Of a stretch of DNA of 64,000 nucleotides, positions 26,222 through 39,700 are shown piece by piece. Position 1 is the stretch's first letter. Each line of letters starts with the position of its first letter. This DNA comes from the human T2T-CHM13v2.0 reference genome, Homo sapiens: NCBI RefSeq assembly GCF_009914755.1, contig NC_060925.1; one strand, written 5' to 3'. The translations under genes and the position numbers were made by a program. The notes beneath the pieces are model-generated. The model had not been told where the DNA came from. It worked only from the letters and a program-made list of their open reading frames with translations, and searched no databases.

Positions 26222-27997
26222 GGAATCAAAAATAACCATCATCAATTGGTATTGTATGGAATTGTCATCAAATGGAATTCAAAGGAATCATCATCAAATG
26301 GAACCGAATGGAATCCTCATTGAATGGAAATGAAAGGGGTCATCATCTAATGGAATCGCATGGAATCATCATCAAATGGAATCGAATGGAATCATCATCA
26401 AATGGAATCTAATGGAATCATTGAACAGAATTGAATGGAATCGTCATCGAATGAATTGAATGCAATCATCGAATGGTCTCGAATGGAATCATCTTCTAAT
26501 GGAAAGGAATGGAATCATCGCATAGAATCGAATGGAATTATCATCGAATGGAATCGAATGGTATCAACACCAAACGGAAAAAAACGGAATTATCGAATGG
26601 AATCGAAGAGAATCTTCGAACGGACCCGAATGGAATCATCTAATGGAATGGAATGGAATAATCCATGGACTCGAATGCAATCATCATCGAATGGAATCGA
26701 ATGGAATCATCGAATGGACTCGAATGGAATAATCATTGAACGGAATCGAATGGAATCATCATCGGATGGAAACGAATGGAATCATCATCGAATGGAAATG
26801 AAAGGAGTCATCATCTAATGGAATTGCATGGAATCATCATAAAATGGAATCGAATGGAATCAACATCAAATGGATTCAAATGGAATCATTGAACGGAATT
26901 GAATGGAATCGTCATCGAATGAATTGACTGCAATCATCGAATGGTCTCGAATGGAATCATCTTCAAATGGAATGGAATGGAATCATCGCATAGAATCGAA
27001 TGGAATTATCATCGAATGGAATCGAATGGAATCAACATCAAACGGAAAAAAACGGAATTATCGAATGGAATCGAAGAGAATCATCGAATGGACCCGAATG
27101 GAATCATCTAATGGAATGGAATGGAATAATCCATGGACTCGAATGCAATCATCATCGAATGGAATCGAATGGAATCATCGAATGGACTCGAATGGAATAA
27201 TCATTGAACGGAAACGAATGGAATCATCATCGGATGGAAATGAATGGAATCATCATCGAATGGAATCGAATAGAATTATGGAATGAAATCCAGTGTGATC
27301 ATCATTGAATGGACCCCAATGGAATCATCATCCAACGGAAGCTAATGGAATCAACATCGAATGAATCGAATGGAAACACCATCGAATTGAAACGAATGGA
27401 ATTATCATGAAATTGAAATGGATGGACTCATCATCGAATGGATTCGAATGGAATCATCGAACAAAATTGATTGAAATCATCATCGAATGGAATCGAATGG
27501 TATCATTGAATGGAATCGAATGGAATCATCATCAGATGGAAATGAATGGAATCGTCATAGAATGGAATCGAATGGATTCATTGAATGGAATCAGATGGAA
27601 TCATCGAATGGACTGGAATGGAATCATTGAATGGACTCGAAAGGGATCATGATTGAATGGAATTGAATGGAATCATCGAATGGTCTCGATTGGAATCATT
27701 ATCAAATGGAATCGAATGGAATCACCGAATAGAATCGAATGGAACAATCATCGAATGGACTCAAATGGAATTATCCTCAAATGGAATCGAATGGAATTAT
27801 CGAATGCAATCGAATGGAATTATCGAATGCAATCGAATAGAATCATCGAATGGACTCGAATGGAATCATCGAATAGAATGGAATGGAACAGTCAATGAAC
27901 TCGAATGGAATCATCATTGAATGGAATCGAATGGAATCATCGAGTGGAATCGAATGGAATTATGATCAAATGGAATCGAATGTAATCATCATCAAAA

Positions 27998-29060
27998 GGA
28001 ATCAAAAATAACCATCATCAATTGGTATTGAATGGAATTGTCATCAAATGGAATTCAAAGGAATCATCATCAAATGGAACCGAATGGAATCCTCATTGAA
28101 TGGAAATGAAAGGGGTCATCATCTAATGGAATCGCATGGAATCATCATCAAATGGAATCGAATGGAATCATCATCAAATGGAATCTAATGGAATCATTGA
28201 ACAGAATTGAATGGAATGGTCATCGAATGAATTGAATGCAATCATCGAATGGTCTCGAATGGAATCATCTTCTAATGGAAAGGAATGGAATCATCGCATA
28301 GAATCGAATGGAATTATCATCGAATGGAATCGAATGGTATCAACACCAAACGGAAAAAAACGGAATTATCGAATGGAATCGAAGAGAATCTTCGAACGGA
28401 CCCGAATGGAATCATCTAATGGAATGGAATGGAATAATCCATGGACTCGAATGCAATCATCATCGAATGGAATCGAATGGAATCATCGAATGGACTCGAA
28501 TGGAATAATCATTGAACGGAATCGAATGGAATCATCATCGGATGGAAACGAATGGAATCATCATCGAATGGAAATGAAAGGAGTCATCATCTAATGGAAT
28601 TGCATGGAATCATCATAAAATGGAATCGAATGGAATCAACATCAAATGGAATCAAATGGAATCATTGAACGGAATTGAATGGAATCGTCATCGAATGAAT
28701 TGACTGCAATCATCGAATGGTCTCGAATGGAATCATATTCAAATGGAATGGAATGGAATCATCGCATAAAATCGAATGGAATTATCATCGAATGGAATCG
28801 AATGGAATCAACATCAAACGGAAAAAAACGGAATTATCGAATGGAATCGAAGAGAATCATCGAATGGACCCGAATGGAATCATCTAATGGAATGGAATGG
28901 AATAATCCATGGACTCGAATGCAATCATCATCGAATGGAATCGAATGGTATCATCGAATGAACTCGAATGGAATCATCATTGAATGGAATCGAATGGAAT
29001 CATCGAGTGGAATCGAATGGAATTATGATCAAATGGAATCGAATGTAATCATCATCAAAT
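27998..29060 (+). repeat. 1,063 bp deletion-variant unit
   Basis: Same junction at ~28957; landmark spacing 1063. Confidence 0.92.
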
Positions 29061-30368
29061 GGAATCAAAAATAACCATCATCAATTGGTATTGAATGGAA
29101 TTGTCATCAAATGGAATTCAAAGGAATCATCATCAAATGGAACCGAATGGAATCCTCATTGAATGGAAATGAAAGGGGTCATCATCTAATGGAATCACAT
29201 GGAATCATCATCAAATGGAATCGAATGGAATCATCATCAAATGGAATCTAATGGAATCATTGAACAGAATTGAATGGAATCGTCATCGAATGAATTGAAT
29301 GCAATCATCGAATGGTCTCGAATGGAATCATCTTCTAATGGAAAGGAATGGAATCATCGCATAGAATCGAATGGAATTATCATCGAATGGAATCGAATGC
29401 TATCAACACCAAACGGAAAAAAACGGAATTATCGAATGGAATCGAAGAGAATCTTCGAACGGACCCGAATGGAATCATCTAATGGAATGGAATGGAATAA
29501 TCCATGGACTCGAATGCAATCATCATCGAATGGAATCGAATGGAATCATCGAATGGACTCGAATGGAATAATCATTGAACGGAATAGAATGGAATCATCA
29601 TCGGATGGAAATGAATGGAATCATCATCGTATGGAATCGAATAGAATTATTTAATGAAATCCAGTGTGATCATCATCGAATGGACCCGAATGGAATCATC
29701 ATCCAACGGAAGCTAATGGAATCAACATCGAATGAATCGAATGGAAACACCATCGAATTGAAACGAATGGAATTATCATGAAATTGAAATGGATGGACTC
29801 ATCATCGAATGGATTCGAATGGAATCATCGAATAAAATTGATTGAAATCATCATCCAATGGAATCGAATGGTATCATTGAATGGAATCGAATGGAATCAT
29901 CATCAGATGGAAATGAATGGAATCGTCATAGAATGGAATCGAATGGATTCATTGAATGGAATCAGATGGAATCATCGAATGGACTGGAATGGAATCATTG
30001 TATGGACTCGAAAGGGATCATGATTGAATGGAATTGAATGGAATCATCGAATGGTCTCGATTGGAATCATTATCAAATGGAATCGAATGGAATCACCGAA
30101 TAGAATCGAATGGAACAATCATCGAATGGACTCAAATGGAATTATCCTCAAATGGAATCGAATGGAATTATCGAATGCAATCGAATGGAATTATCGAATG
30201 CAATCGAATAGAATCATCGAAAGGACTCGAATGGAATCATCGAATGGAATGGAATGGAACAGTCAATGAACTCGAATGGAATCATCATTGAATGGAATCG
30301 AATGGAATCATCGAGTGGAATCGAATGGAATTATGATCAAATGGAATCGAATGTAATCATCATCAAAT
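29061..30368 (+). repeat. 1,308 bp variant unit (A/B hybrid, one 468 bp sub-repeat lost)
   Basis: Landmark spacing is 1308. An A-type start (GGAAAGG, ATCTTCGAACGG) is followed by a B-type tail. Private changes are CGTATGG and TTATTTAATG at ~29628-29655. Confidence 0.9.
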
Positions 30369-31431
30369 GGAATCAAAAATAACCATCATCAATTGGTATT
30401 GAATGGAATTGTCATCAAATGGAATTCAAAGGAATCATCATCAAATGGAACCGAATGGAATCCTCATTGAATGGAAATGAAAGGGGTCATCTTCTAATGG
30501 AATCGCATGGAATCATCATCAAATGGAATCGAACGGAATCATCATCAAATGGAATCTAATGGAATCATTGAACAGAATTGAATGGAATCGTCATCGAATG
30601 AATTGAATGCAATCATCGAATGGTCTCGAATGGAATCATCTTCTAATGGAAAGGAATGGAATCATCGCATAGAATCGAATGGAATTATCATCGAATGGAA
30701 TCGAATGGTATCAACACCAAACGGAAAAAAACGGAATTATCGAATGGAATCGAAGAGAATCTTCGAACGGACCCGAATGGAATCATCTAATGGAATGGAA
30801 TGGAATAATCCATGGACTCGAATGCAATCATCATCGAATGGAATCGAATGGAATCATCGAATGGACTCGAATGGAATAATCATTGAACGGAATCGAATGG
30901 AATCATCATCGGATGGAAACGAATGGAATCATCATCGAATGGAAATGAAAGGAGTCATCATCTAATGGAATTGCATGGAATCATCATAAAATGGAATCGA
31001 ATGGAATCAACATCAAATGGAATCAAATGGAATCATTGAACGGAATTGAATGGAATCGTCATCGAATGAATTGACTGCAATCATCGAATGGTCTCGAATG
31101 GAATCATCTTCAAATGGAATGGAATGGAATCATCGCATAGAATCGAATGGAATTATCATCGAATGGAATCGAATGGAATCAACATCAAACGGAAAAAAAC
31201 GGAATTATCGAATGGAATCGAAGAGAATCATCGAATGGACCCGAATGGAATCATCTAATGGAATGGAATGGAATAATCCATGGACTCGAATGCAATCATC
31301 ATCGAATGGAATCGAATGGAATCATCGAATGAACTCGAATGGAATCATCATTGAATGGAATCGAATGGAATCATCGAGTGGAATCGAATGGAATTATGAT
31401 CAAATGGAATCGAATGTAATCATCATCAAAT
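30369..31431 (+). repeat. 1,063 bp deletion-variant unit
   Basis: Same junction at ~31328; landmark spacing 1063. Confidence 0.92.
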
Positions 31432-33207
31432 GGAATCAAAAATAACCATCATCAATTGGTATTGAATGGAATTGTCATCAAATGGAATTCAAAGGAATCA
31501 TCATCAAATGGAACCGAATGGAATCCTCATTGAATGGAAATGAAAGCGGTCATCATCTAATGGAATCGCATGGAATCATCATCAAATGGAATCGAATGGA
31601 ATCATCATCAAATGGAATCTAATGGAATCATTGAACAGAATTGAATGGAATCGTCATCGAATGAATTGAATGCAATCATCGAATGGTCTCGAATGGAATC
31701 ATCTTCTAATGGAAAGGAATGGAATCATCGCATAGAATCGAATGGAATTATCATCGAATGGAATCGAATGGTATCAACACCAAACGGAAAAAAACGGAAT
31801 TATCGAATGGAATCGAAGAGAATCTTCGAACGGACCCGAATGGAATCATCTAATGGAATGGAATGGAATAATCCATGGACTCGAATGCAATCATCATCGA
31901 ATGGAATCGAATGGAATCATCGAATGGACTCGAATGGAATAATCATTGAACGGAATCGAATGGAATCATCATCGGATGGAAACGAATGGAATCATCATCG
32001 AATGGAAATGAAAGGAGTCATCATCTAATGGAATTGCATGGAATCATCATAAAATGGAATCGAATGGAATCAACATCAAATGGAATCAAATGGAATCATT
32101 GAACGGAATTGAATGGAATCGTCATCGAATGAATTGACTGCAATCATCGAATGGTCTCGAATGGAATCATCTTCAAATGGAATGGAATGGAATCATCGCA
32201 TAGAATCGAATGGAATTATCATCGAATGGAATCGAATGGAATCAACATCAAACGGAAAAAAACGGAATTATCGAATGGAATCGAAGAGAATCATCGAATG
32301 GACCCGAATGGAATCATCTAATGGAATGGAATGGAATAATCCATGGACTCGAATGCAATCATCATCGAATGGAATCGAATGGAATCATCGAATGGACTCG
32401 AATGGAATAATCATTGAACGGAAACGAATGAAATCATCATCGGATGGAAATGAATGGAATCATCATCGAATGGAATCGAATAGAATTATGGAATGAAATC
32501 CAGTGTGATCATCATCGAATGGACCCGAATGGAATCATCATCCAATGGAAGCTAATGGAATCAACATCGAATGAATCGAATGGAAACACCATCGAATTGA
32601 AACGAATGGAATTACCATGAAATTGAAATGGATGGACTCATCATCGAATGGATTCGGATGGAATCATCGAATAAAATTGATTGAAATCATCATCGAATGG
32701 AATCGAATGGTATCATTGAATGGAATCGAATGGAATCATCATCAAATGGAAATGAATGGAATCGTCATAGAATGGAATCGAATGGATTCATTGAATGGAA
32801 TCAGATGGAATCATCGAATGGACTGGAATGGAATCATTGAATGGACTCGAAAGGGATCATGATTGAATGGAATTGAATGGAATCATCGAATGGTCTCGAT
32901 TGGAATCATTATCAAATGGAATCGAATGGAATCACCGAATAGAATCGAATGGAACAATCATCGAACGGACTCAAATGGAATTATCCTTAAATGGAATCGA
33001 ATGGAATTATCGAATGCAATCGAATGGAATTATCGAATGCAATCGAATAGAATCATCGAATGGACTCGAATGGAATCATCGAATGGAATGGAATGGAACA
33101 GTCAATGAACTCGAATGGAATCATCATTGAATGGAATCGAATGGAATCATCGAGTGGAATCGAATGGAATTATGATCAAATGGAATCGAATGGAATCATC
33201 ATCAAAT

Positions 33208-34983
33208 GGAATCAAAAATAACCATCATCAATTGGTATTGAATGGAATTGTCATCAAATGGAATTCAAGGGAATCATCATCAAATGGAACTGAATGGAAT
33301 CCTCATTGAATGGAAATGAAAGGGGTCATCATCTAATGGAATCGCATGGAATCATCATCAAATGGAATCGAATGGAATCATCATCAAATGGAATCTAATG
33401 GAATCATTGAACAGAATTGAATGGAATCGTCATCGAATGAATCGAATGCAATCATCGAATGGTCTCGAATGGAATCATCTTCTAATGGAAATGAATGGAA
33501 TCATCGCATAGAATCGAATGGAATTAACATTGAATGGACTCGAATGGAATCAACATCAAACGGAATCAAGCGGAATTATCGAATGGAATCGAAGAGATTC
33601 ATCGAATGGACTCGAATGGAATCATCTAATGGAATGGAATGGAATAATCCATGGACCCGAATGCAATCATCATCGTATAAAATCGAATGGAATCATCGAA
33701 TGGACTCGAATGGAATAATCATTGAACGGAATCGAATGGAATCATCATCAGATGGAAACGAATGGAATCATCATCGAATGGAAATGAACGGAGTCATCAT
33801 CTAATGGAATTGCATGGAATCATCATAAAATGGAATCGAATGGAATCAACATCAAATGGAATCAAATGGAATCATTGAACGGAATTGAATGGAGTCGTCA
33901 TCGAATGAATTGAATGCAATCATCGAAAGGTCTCGAATGGAATCATCTTCAAATGGAATGGAATGGAATCATTGCATAGAGTCGAATGGAATTATCATCG
34001 AATGGAATCGAATGGAATCAACCTCAAACGGAAAAAAACTGAATTATCGAATGGAATCGAAGAGAATCATCGAATGGACCCGAATGGAATCATCTAATGG
34101 AATGGAATGGAATAATCCATGGACTCGAATGCAATCATCATCGAATGGAATCGAATGGAATCATCGAGTGGACTCGAATGGAATAATCATTGAACGGAAT
34201 CGAATGGAATCATCATCGGATGGAAATGAATGGAATCATCATCGAATGGAATCGAATAGAATTATGGAATGAAATCCAGTGTGATCATCATCGAATGGAC
34301 CCGAATGGAATCATCATCCAACGGAAGCTAATGGAATCAACATCGAATGAATCGAATGGAAACACCATCGAATTGAAACGAATGGAATTATCATGAAATT
34401 GAAATGGATGGACTCATCATCGAATGGATTCGAATGGAATCATCGAATAAAATTGATTGAAATCATCATCCAATGGAATCGAATGGTATCATTGAATGGA
34501 ATCGAATGGAATCATCATCAGATGGAAATGAATGGAATCGTTATAGAATGGAATCGAATGGATTCATTGAATGGAATCAGATGGAATCATCGAATGGACT
34601 GGAATGGAATCATTGAATGGACTCGAAAGGGATCATGATTGAATGGAATTGAATGGAATCATCGAATGGTCTCGATTGGAATCATTATCAAATGGAATGG
34701 AATGGAATCACCGAATAGAATCGAATGGAACAATCATCGAATGGACTCAAATGGAATTATCCTCCAATGGAATCGAATGGAATTATCGAATGCAATCGAA
34801 TGGAATTATCGAATGCAATCGAATAGAATCATCGAATGGACTCGAATGGAATCATCGAATGGAATGGAATGGAACAGTCAATGAACTCGAATGGAATCAT
34901 CATTGAATGGAATCGAATGGAATCATCGAGTGGAATCGAATGGAATTATGATCAAATGGAATCTAATGTAATCATCATCAAAT
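33208..34983 (+). repeat. Diverged 1,776 bp unit carrying the alternative sub-repeat A haplotype
   Basis: GAATTAACATTGAATGGACTC (~33521), CGGAATCAAGCGG (~33561), CATCGTAT (~33671) and GGAACTGAA (~33286) match the 1922 bp units, but there is no 147 bp duplication. Many additional private substitutions occur up to ~34170. Confidence 0.85.
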
Positions 34984-36759
34984 GGAATCAAAAATAACCA
35001 TCATCAATTGGTATTGAATGGAATTGTCATCAAATGGAATTCAAAGGAATCATCATCAAATGGAACCGAATGGAATCCTCATTGAATGGAAATGAAAGGG
35101 GTCATCATCTAATGGAATCGCATGGAATCATCATCAAATGGAATCGAATGGAATCATCATCAAATGGAATCTAATGGAATCATTGAACAGAATTGAATGG
35201 AATCGTCATCGAATGAATTGAATGCAATCATCGAATGGTCTCGAATGGAATCATCTTCTAATGGAAAGGAATGGAATCATCGCATAGAATCGAATGGAAT
35301 TATCATCGAATGGAATCGAATGGTATCAACACCAAACGGAAAAAAACGGAATTATCGAATGGAATCGAAGAGAATCTTCGAACGGACCCGAATGGAATCA
35401 TCTAATGGAATGGAATGGAATAATCCATGGACTCGAATGCAATCATCATCGAATGGAATCGAATGGAATCATCGAATGGACTCGAATGGAATAATCATTG
35501 AACTGAATCGAATGGAATCATCATCGGATGGAAACGAATGGAATCATCATCGAATGGAAATGAAAGGAGTCATCATCTAATGGAATTGCATGGAATCATC
35601 ATAAAATGGAATCGAATGGAATCAACATCAAATGGAATCAAATGGAATCATTCAACGGAATTGAATGGAATCGTCATCGAATGAATTGACTGCAATCATC
35701 GAATGGTCTCGAATGGAATCATCTTCAAATGGAATGGAATGGAATCATCGCATAGAATCGAATGGAATTATCATCGAATGGAATCGAATGGAATCAACAT
35801 CAAACGGAAAAAAACGGAATTATCGAATGTAATCGAAGAGAATCATCGAATGGACCCGAATGGAATCATCTAATGGAATGGAATGGAATAATCCATGGAC
35901 TCGAATGCAATCATCATCGAATGGAATCGAATGGAATCATCGAATGGACTCGAATGGAATAATCATTGAACGGAATCGAATGGAATCATCATCGGATGGA
36001 AATGAATGGAATCATCATCGAATGGAATCGAATAGAATTATGGAATGAAATCCAGTGTGATCATCATCGAATGGACCCGAATGGAATCATCATCCAACGG
36101 AAGCTAATGGAATCAACATCGAATGAATCGAATGGAAACACCATCGAATTGAAACGAATGGAATTATCATGAAATTGAAATGGATGGACTCATCATCGAA
36201 TGGATTCGAATGGAATCATCGAATAAAATTGATTGAAATCATCATCCAATGGAATCGAATGGTATCATTGAATGGAATCGAATGGAATCATCATCAGATG
36301 GAAATGAATGGAATCGTCATAGAATGGAATCGAATGGATTCATTGAATGGAATCAGATGGAATCATCGAATGGACTGGAATGGAATCATTGAATGGACTC
36401 GAAAGGGATCATTATTGAATGGAATTGAATGGAATCATCGAATGGTCTCGATTGGAATCATTATCAAATGGAATCGAATGGAATCACCGAATAGAATCGA
36501 ATGGAACAATCATCGAATGGACTCAAATGGAATTATCCTCCAATGGAATCGAATGGAATTATCGAATGCAATCGAATGGAATTATCGAATGCAATCGAAT
36601 AGAATCATCGAATGGACTCGAATGGAATCATCGAATGGAATGGAATGGAACAGTCAATGAACTCGAATGGAATCATCATTGAATGGAATCGAATGGAATC
36701 ATCGAGTGGAATCGAATGGAATTATGATCAAATGGAATCGAATGTAATCATCATCAAAT

Positions 36760-39700
36760 GGAATCAAAAATAACCATCATCAATTGGTATTGAATGGAAT
36801 TGTCATCAAATGGAATTCAAAGGAATCATCATCAAATGGAACCGAATGGAATCCTCATTGAATGGAAATGAAAGGGGTCATCATCTAATGGAATCGCATG
36901 GAATCATCATCAAATGGAATCGAATGGAATCATCATCAAATGGAATCTAATGGAATCATTGAACAGAATTGAATGGAATCGTCATCGAATGAATTGAATG
37001 CAATCATCGAATGGTCTCGAATGGAATCATCTTCTAATGGAAAGGAATGGAATCATCGCATAGAATCGAATGGAATTATCATCGAATGGAATCGAATGGT
37101 ATCAACACCAAACGGAAATAAACGGAATTATCGAATGGAATCGAAGAGAATCTTCGAACGGACCCGAATGGAATCATCTAATGGAATGGAATGGAATAAT
37201 CCATGGACTCGAATGCAATCATCATCGAATGGAATGGAATGGAATCATCGAATGGACTCGAATGGAATAATCATTGAACGGAATCGAATGGAATCATCAT
37301 CGGATGGAAACGAATGGAATCATCATCGAATGGAAATGAAAGGAGTCATCATCTAATGGAATTGCATGGAATCATCATAAAATGGAATCGAATGGAATCA
37401 ACATCAAATGGAATCATTGAACGGAATTGAATGGAATCGTCATCGAATGAATTGACTGCAATCATCGAATGGTCTCGAATGGAATCATCTTCAAATGGAA
37501 TGGAATGGAATCATCGCATAGAATCGAATGGAATTATCATCGAATGGAATCGAATGGAATCAACATCAAACGGAAAAAAACGGAATTATCGAATGGAATC
37601 GAAGAGAATCATCGAATGGACCCGAATGGAATCATCTAATGGAATGGAATGGAATAATCCATGGACTCGAATGCAATCATCATCGAATGGAATCGAATGG
37701 AATCATCGAATGGACTCGAATGGAATAATCATTGAACGGAATCGAATGGAATCATCATCGGATGGAAATGAATGGAATCATCATCGAATGGAATCGAATA
37801 GAATTATGGAATGAAATCCAGTGTGATCATCATCGAATGGACCCGAATGGAATCATCATCCAACGGAAGCTAATGGAATCAACATCGAATGAATCGAATG
37901 GAAACACCATCGAATTGAAACGAATGGAATTATCATGAAATTGAAATGGATGGACTCATCATCGAATGGATTCGAATGGAATCATCGAATAAAATTGATT
38001 GAAATCATCATCCAATGGAATCGAATGGTATCATTGAATGGAATCGAATGGAATCATCATCAGATGGAAATGAATGGAATCGTCATAGAATGGAATCGAA
38101 TGGATTCATTGAATGGAATCAGATGGAATCATCGAATGGACTGGAATGGAATCATTGAATGGACTCGAAAGGGATCATTATTGAATGGAATTGAATGGAA
38201 TCATCGAATGGTCTCGATTGGAATCATTATCAAATGGAATCGAATGGAATCACCGAATAGAATCGAATGGAACAATCATCGAATGGACTCAAATGGAATT
38301 ATCCTCCAATGGAATCGAATGGAATTATCGAATGCAATCGAATGGAATTATCGAATGCAATCGAATAGAATCATCGAATGGACTCGAATGGAATCATCGA
38401 ATGGAATGGAATGGAACAGTCAATGAACTCGAATGGAATCATCATTGAATGGAATCGAATGGAATCATCGAGTGGAATCGAATGGAATTATGATCAAATG
38501 GAATCGAATGTAATCATCATCAAATGGAATCAAAAATAACCATCATCAATTGGTATTGAATGGAATTGTCATCAAATGGAATTCAAAGGAATCATCATCA
38601 AATGGAACCGAATGGAATCCTCATTGAATGGAAATGAAAGGGGTCATCATCTAATGGAATCGCATGGAATCATCATCAAATGGAATCGAATGGAATCATC
38701 ATCAAATGGAATCTAATGGAATCATTGAACAGAATTGAATGGAATCGTCATCGAATGAATTGAATGCAATCATCGAATGGTCTCGAATGGAATCATCTTC
38801 TAATGGAAAGGAATGGAATCATCGCATAGAATCGAATGGAATTATCATCGAATGGAATCGAATGGTATCAACACCAAACGGAAATAAACGGAATTATCGA
38901 ATGGAATCGAAGAGAATCTTCGAACGGACCCGAATGGAATCATCTAATGGAATGGAATGGAATAATCCATGGACTCGAATGCAATCATCATCGAATGGAA
39001 TGGAATGGAATCATCGAATGGAATCGAATGGAATAATCATTGAACGGAATCGAATGGAATCATCATCGGATGGAAACGAATGGAATCATCATCGAATGGA
39101 AATGAAAGGAGTCATCATCTAATGGAATTGCATGGAATCATCATAAAATGGAATCGAATGGAATCAACATCAAATGGAATCATTGAACGGAATTGAATGG
39201 AATCGTCATCGAATGAATTGACTGCAATCATCGAAAGGTCTCGAATGGAATCATCTTCAAATGGAATGGAATGGAATCATCGCATAGAATCGAATGGAAT
39301 TATCATCGAATGGAATCGAATGGAATCAACATCAAACGGAAAAAAACGGAATTATCGAATGGAATCGAAGAGAATCATCGAATGGACCCGAATGGAATCA
39401 TCTAATGGAATGGAATGGAATAATCCATGGACTCGAATGCAATCATCATCGAATGGAATCGAATGGAATCATCGAATGGACTCGAATGGAATAATCATTG
39501 AACGGAATCGAATGGAATCATCATCGGATGGAAATGAATGGAATCATCATCGAATGGAATCGAATAGAATTATGGAATGAAATCCAGTGTGATCATCATC
39601 GAATGGACCCGAATGGAATCATCATCTAACGGAAGCTAATGGAATCAACATCGAATGAATCGAATGGAAACACCATCGAATTGAAACGAATGGAATTATC

